Notes under the pieces: model-generated
The model's input: only the letters and a program-made list of their open reading frames with translations
The model's database searches: none
Told to the model about the DNA's origin: nothing
DNA from: a virus
DNA: 5,084 nt
Direction: 5' to 3' (one strand)
Virus record (IMG/VR): IMGVR_UViG_3300029057_000122
Span: 1 to 5,084 of that record
Made by a program: the position numbers and the translations under genes
Part shown: positions 3,968 through 5,084 of the stretch, one piece after another
How the letters are laid out: each line of letters begins with the position of its first letter
How positions within the stretch are numbered: position 1 is the stretch's first letter

Positions 3968-5084
3968 ATGCGTAAATTTAAGATGGGCATTCGCAGACTC
4001 GGGGCTTCCTTTGCTTCTTTTTTAATGGTTTGTTGTCTTTCCGCTCCGGCGTTCGCTGCTAATAATTGGCCTGTTTCTCCTTCTGATTCTGATTTTCGGG
4101 CTCATCCGAATTCTTGGTATGTTTGGCAGCGTAAATCTATTTCTGCTTATACCGGCTATGAGTTAATTTGTAGTCCTGTTGAAGAATCTTCTAGATACCC
4201 TGATTGTTTGTCGTCTGGTTGGTTTCCATATTCTACCGATTCTGGAACTTGGTCTTATTCTTCATCTAATTCTAAGCGTACTTATATGTATGCTGTTCCT
4301 TATATTCCTAGTTCTGATTTCGGTTATCTCTCTGATTTTCCCGTTTTCCCTGTTGGTGAACCTTCTTTTTCTACTGGTGTTCTTCGTGTTTACCCTGTTA
4401 AGTGGCGCGGGTATTTGAGTGGCATTTCTGATGTCTTTTCTGACCGTTCTGTATTCGGTTATTTGACTTCTTGGCCTTCCAATTCTTCTTCTTCTTCTTA
4501 TTCTGATTATTTCAATAACGAAGTTCTTAATTACAAGCCTATTTATTTTCCATCTAACATTTTCTTCTTTGGGGATAAAACTGATACTTCGACTAATCAT
4601 ACTTCTTTCTCCATTCAAAATGGAGATAATAATTTCTGGGCTACTCCTTCTAATAGTAATTATTTGCATTTGTCCAAGTCTCATTTGAGTACACCGGGGT
4701 TTCGTTCTTTCCCCTCTAATTTTTCTATTCCCTCTTCAGATGTTGGGCTCGTTTTTTGTAAGCGACCTTCTGGAGATGGTATGCACGTTTATAACTCGGA
4801 ATTTGATGTTTCTCTATCTTTTGGATTATCTCTTTGGGTTCCTGACGCCTTGCTTCCTGCTGATGTTGCTGTCGGTGACTGGATTTCGAAGACTGATGTT
4901 GAATCTCTTCAGGATCAGCTGGTAAAAGATTTCGATGTCAACTCCGATACTCTAGAAAACTCAAAGCAAAATTTCGATTCTTGGCAAAACTCCAATACCA
5001 TTGATATAGATGTTGCCGATACCGGCCTTAACATCATCAATGCTTTGATGCAAAATGTCGGTCAGTTTGCTTTCATTGTTTCTC
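3968..5084 (+). CDS. pIII-like minor coat/adsorption protein. Runs to the window edge and continues across the circular junction to a TGA at 152-154; full length about 391 aa
   Basis: ATG at 3968 preceded by AAAGGAAG 8-9 nt upstream. N-terminus MRKFKMGIRRLGASFASFLMVCCLSAPAFA|ANNW is a classical signal peptide with an AxA cleavage site. The body is Ser/Tyr/Phe/Pro-rich with paired Cys. The C-terminus (read in copy 2-154) is a hydrophobic anchor FAFIVSLLCFGAVVLRVL followed by IRKAVEG. Third codon positions are T-rich. The frame has no stop through 5084 and is missing from the ORF track only because it has no in-window stop. Confidence 0.7.
   Translation, partial: MRKFKMGIRRLGASFASFLMVCCLSAPAFAANNWPVSPSDSDFRAHPNSWYVWQRKSISAYTGYELICSPVEESSRYPDCLSSGWFPYSTDSGTWSYSSSNSKRTYMYAVPYIPSSDFGYLSDFPVFPVGEPSFSTGVLRVYPVKWRGYLSGISDVFSDRSVFGYLTSWPSNSSSSSYSDYFNNEVLNYKPIYFPSNIFFFGDKTDTSTNHTSFSIQNGDNNFWATPSNSNYLHLSKSHLSTPGFRSFPSNFSIPSSDVGLVFCKRPSGDGMHVYNSEFDVSLSFGLSLWVPDALLPADVAVGDWISKTDVESLQDQLVKDFDVNSDTLENSKQNFDSWQNSNTIDIDVADTGLNIINALMQNVGQFAFIVS
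4990..5084. repeat. Second copy of the terminal redundancy (same as 1-95)
   Basis: Exact 95-nt match to the window start, inside the coding sequence of the pIII-like gene. Confidence 0.9.

Noticed and set aside
1-5084. CRISPR array, integrase, toxin-antitoxin or defence system
   Set aside because: There are no spaced direct repeats and no ORF with recombinase or toxin features. The whole window is accounted for by phage replication, structural and assembly genes.

Overview
The window looks like a complete, circularly permuted genome of a small filamentous ssDNA phage-like element (inovirus-type). Bases 1-95 are repeated exactly at 4990-5084, so the unit length is 4,989 nt. A long ORF reads straight through the window end into the window start, which fits a circular molecule better than att sites.

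All convincing genes are on the + strand, and that strand is T-rich with T/C-biased third codon positions. The gene content is minimal.
- Replication: a Rep_trans-family rolling-circle initiator (2467-3612) sits behind a near-consensus sigma70 promoter. A small putative ssDNA-binding protein gene (3590-3832) overlaps its 3' end.
- A complete cloverleaf tRNA with anticodon CUG (Gln) and an encoded CCA lies at 3874-3947.
- The longest ORF (3968, wrapping to 154) is a secreted, Ser/Tyr/Phe-rich protein with a C-terminal membrane anchor, like the pIII adsorption protein.
- A run of translationally coupled small hydrophobic ORFs follows (151-282, 297-446, 1074-1187, 1287-1415). At least two have major-coat-like architecture. 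A 211-aa acidic tail-anchored protein (439-1074) sits among them.
- A strong hairpin terminator (1421-1470) follows the coat-like ORF.
- A short Zot/pI-family assembly ATPase (1488-2108) has Walker A and B motifs but no C-terminal periplasmic domain.
- A second terminator (2116-2154) is followed by a ~250-nt structured AT-rich then GC-rich intergenic region, probably the origin and packaging signal.
- No secretin, integrase, transcriptional regulator or CRISPR is present.

The most notable points are the tiny complete gene set, the embedded tRNA-Gln between the replication and structural modules, the truncated N-terminally anchored pI/Zot, and the unplaced acidic 211-aa protein.
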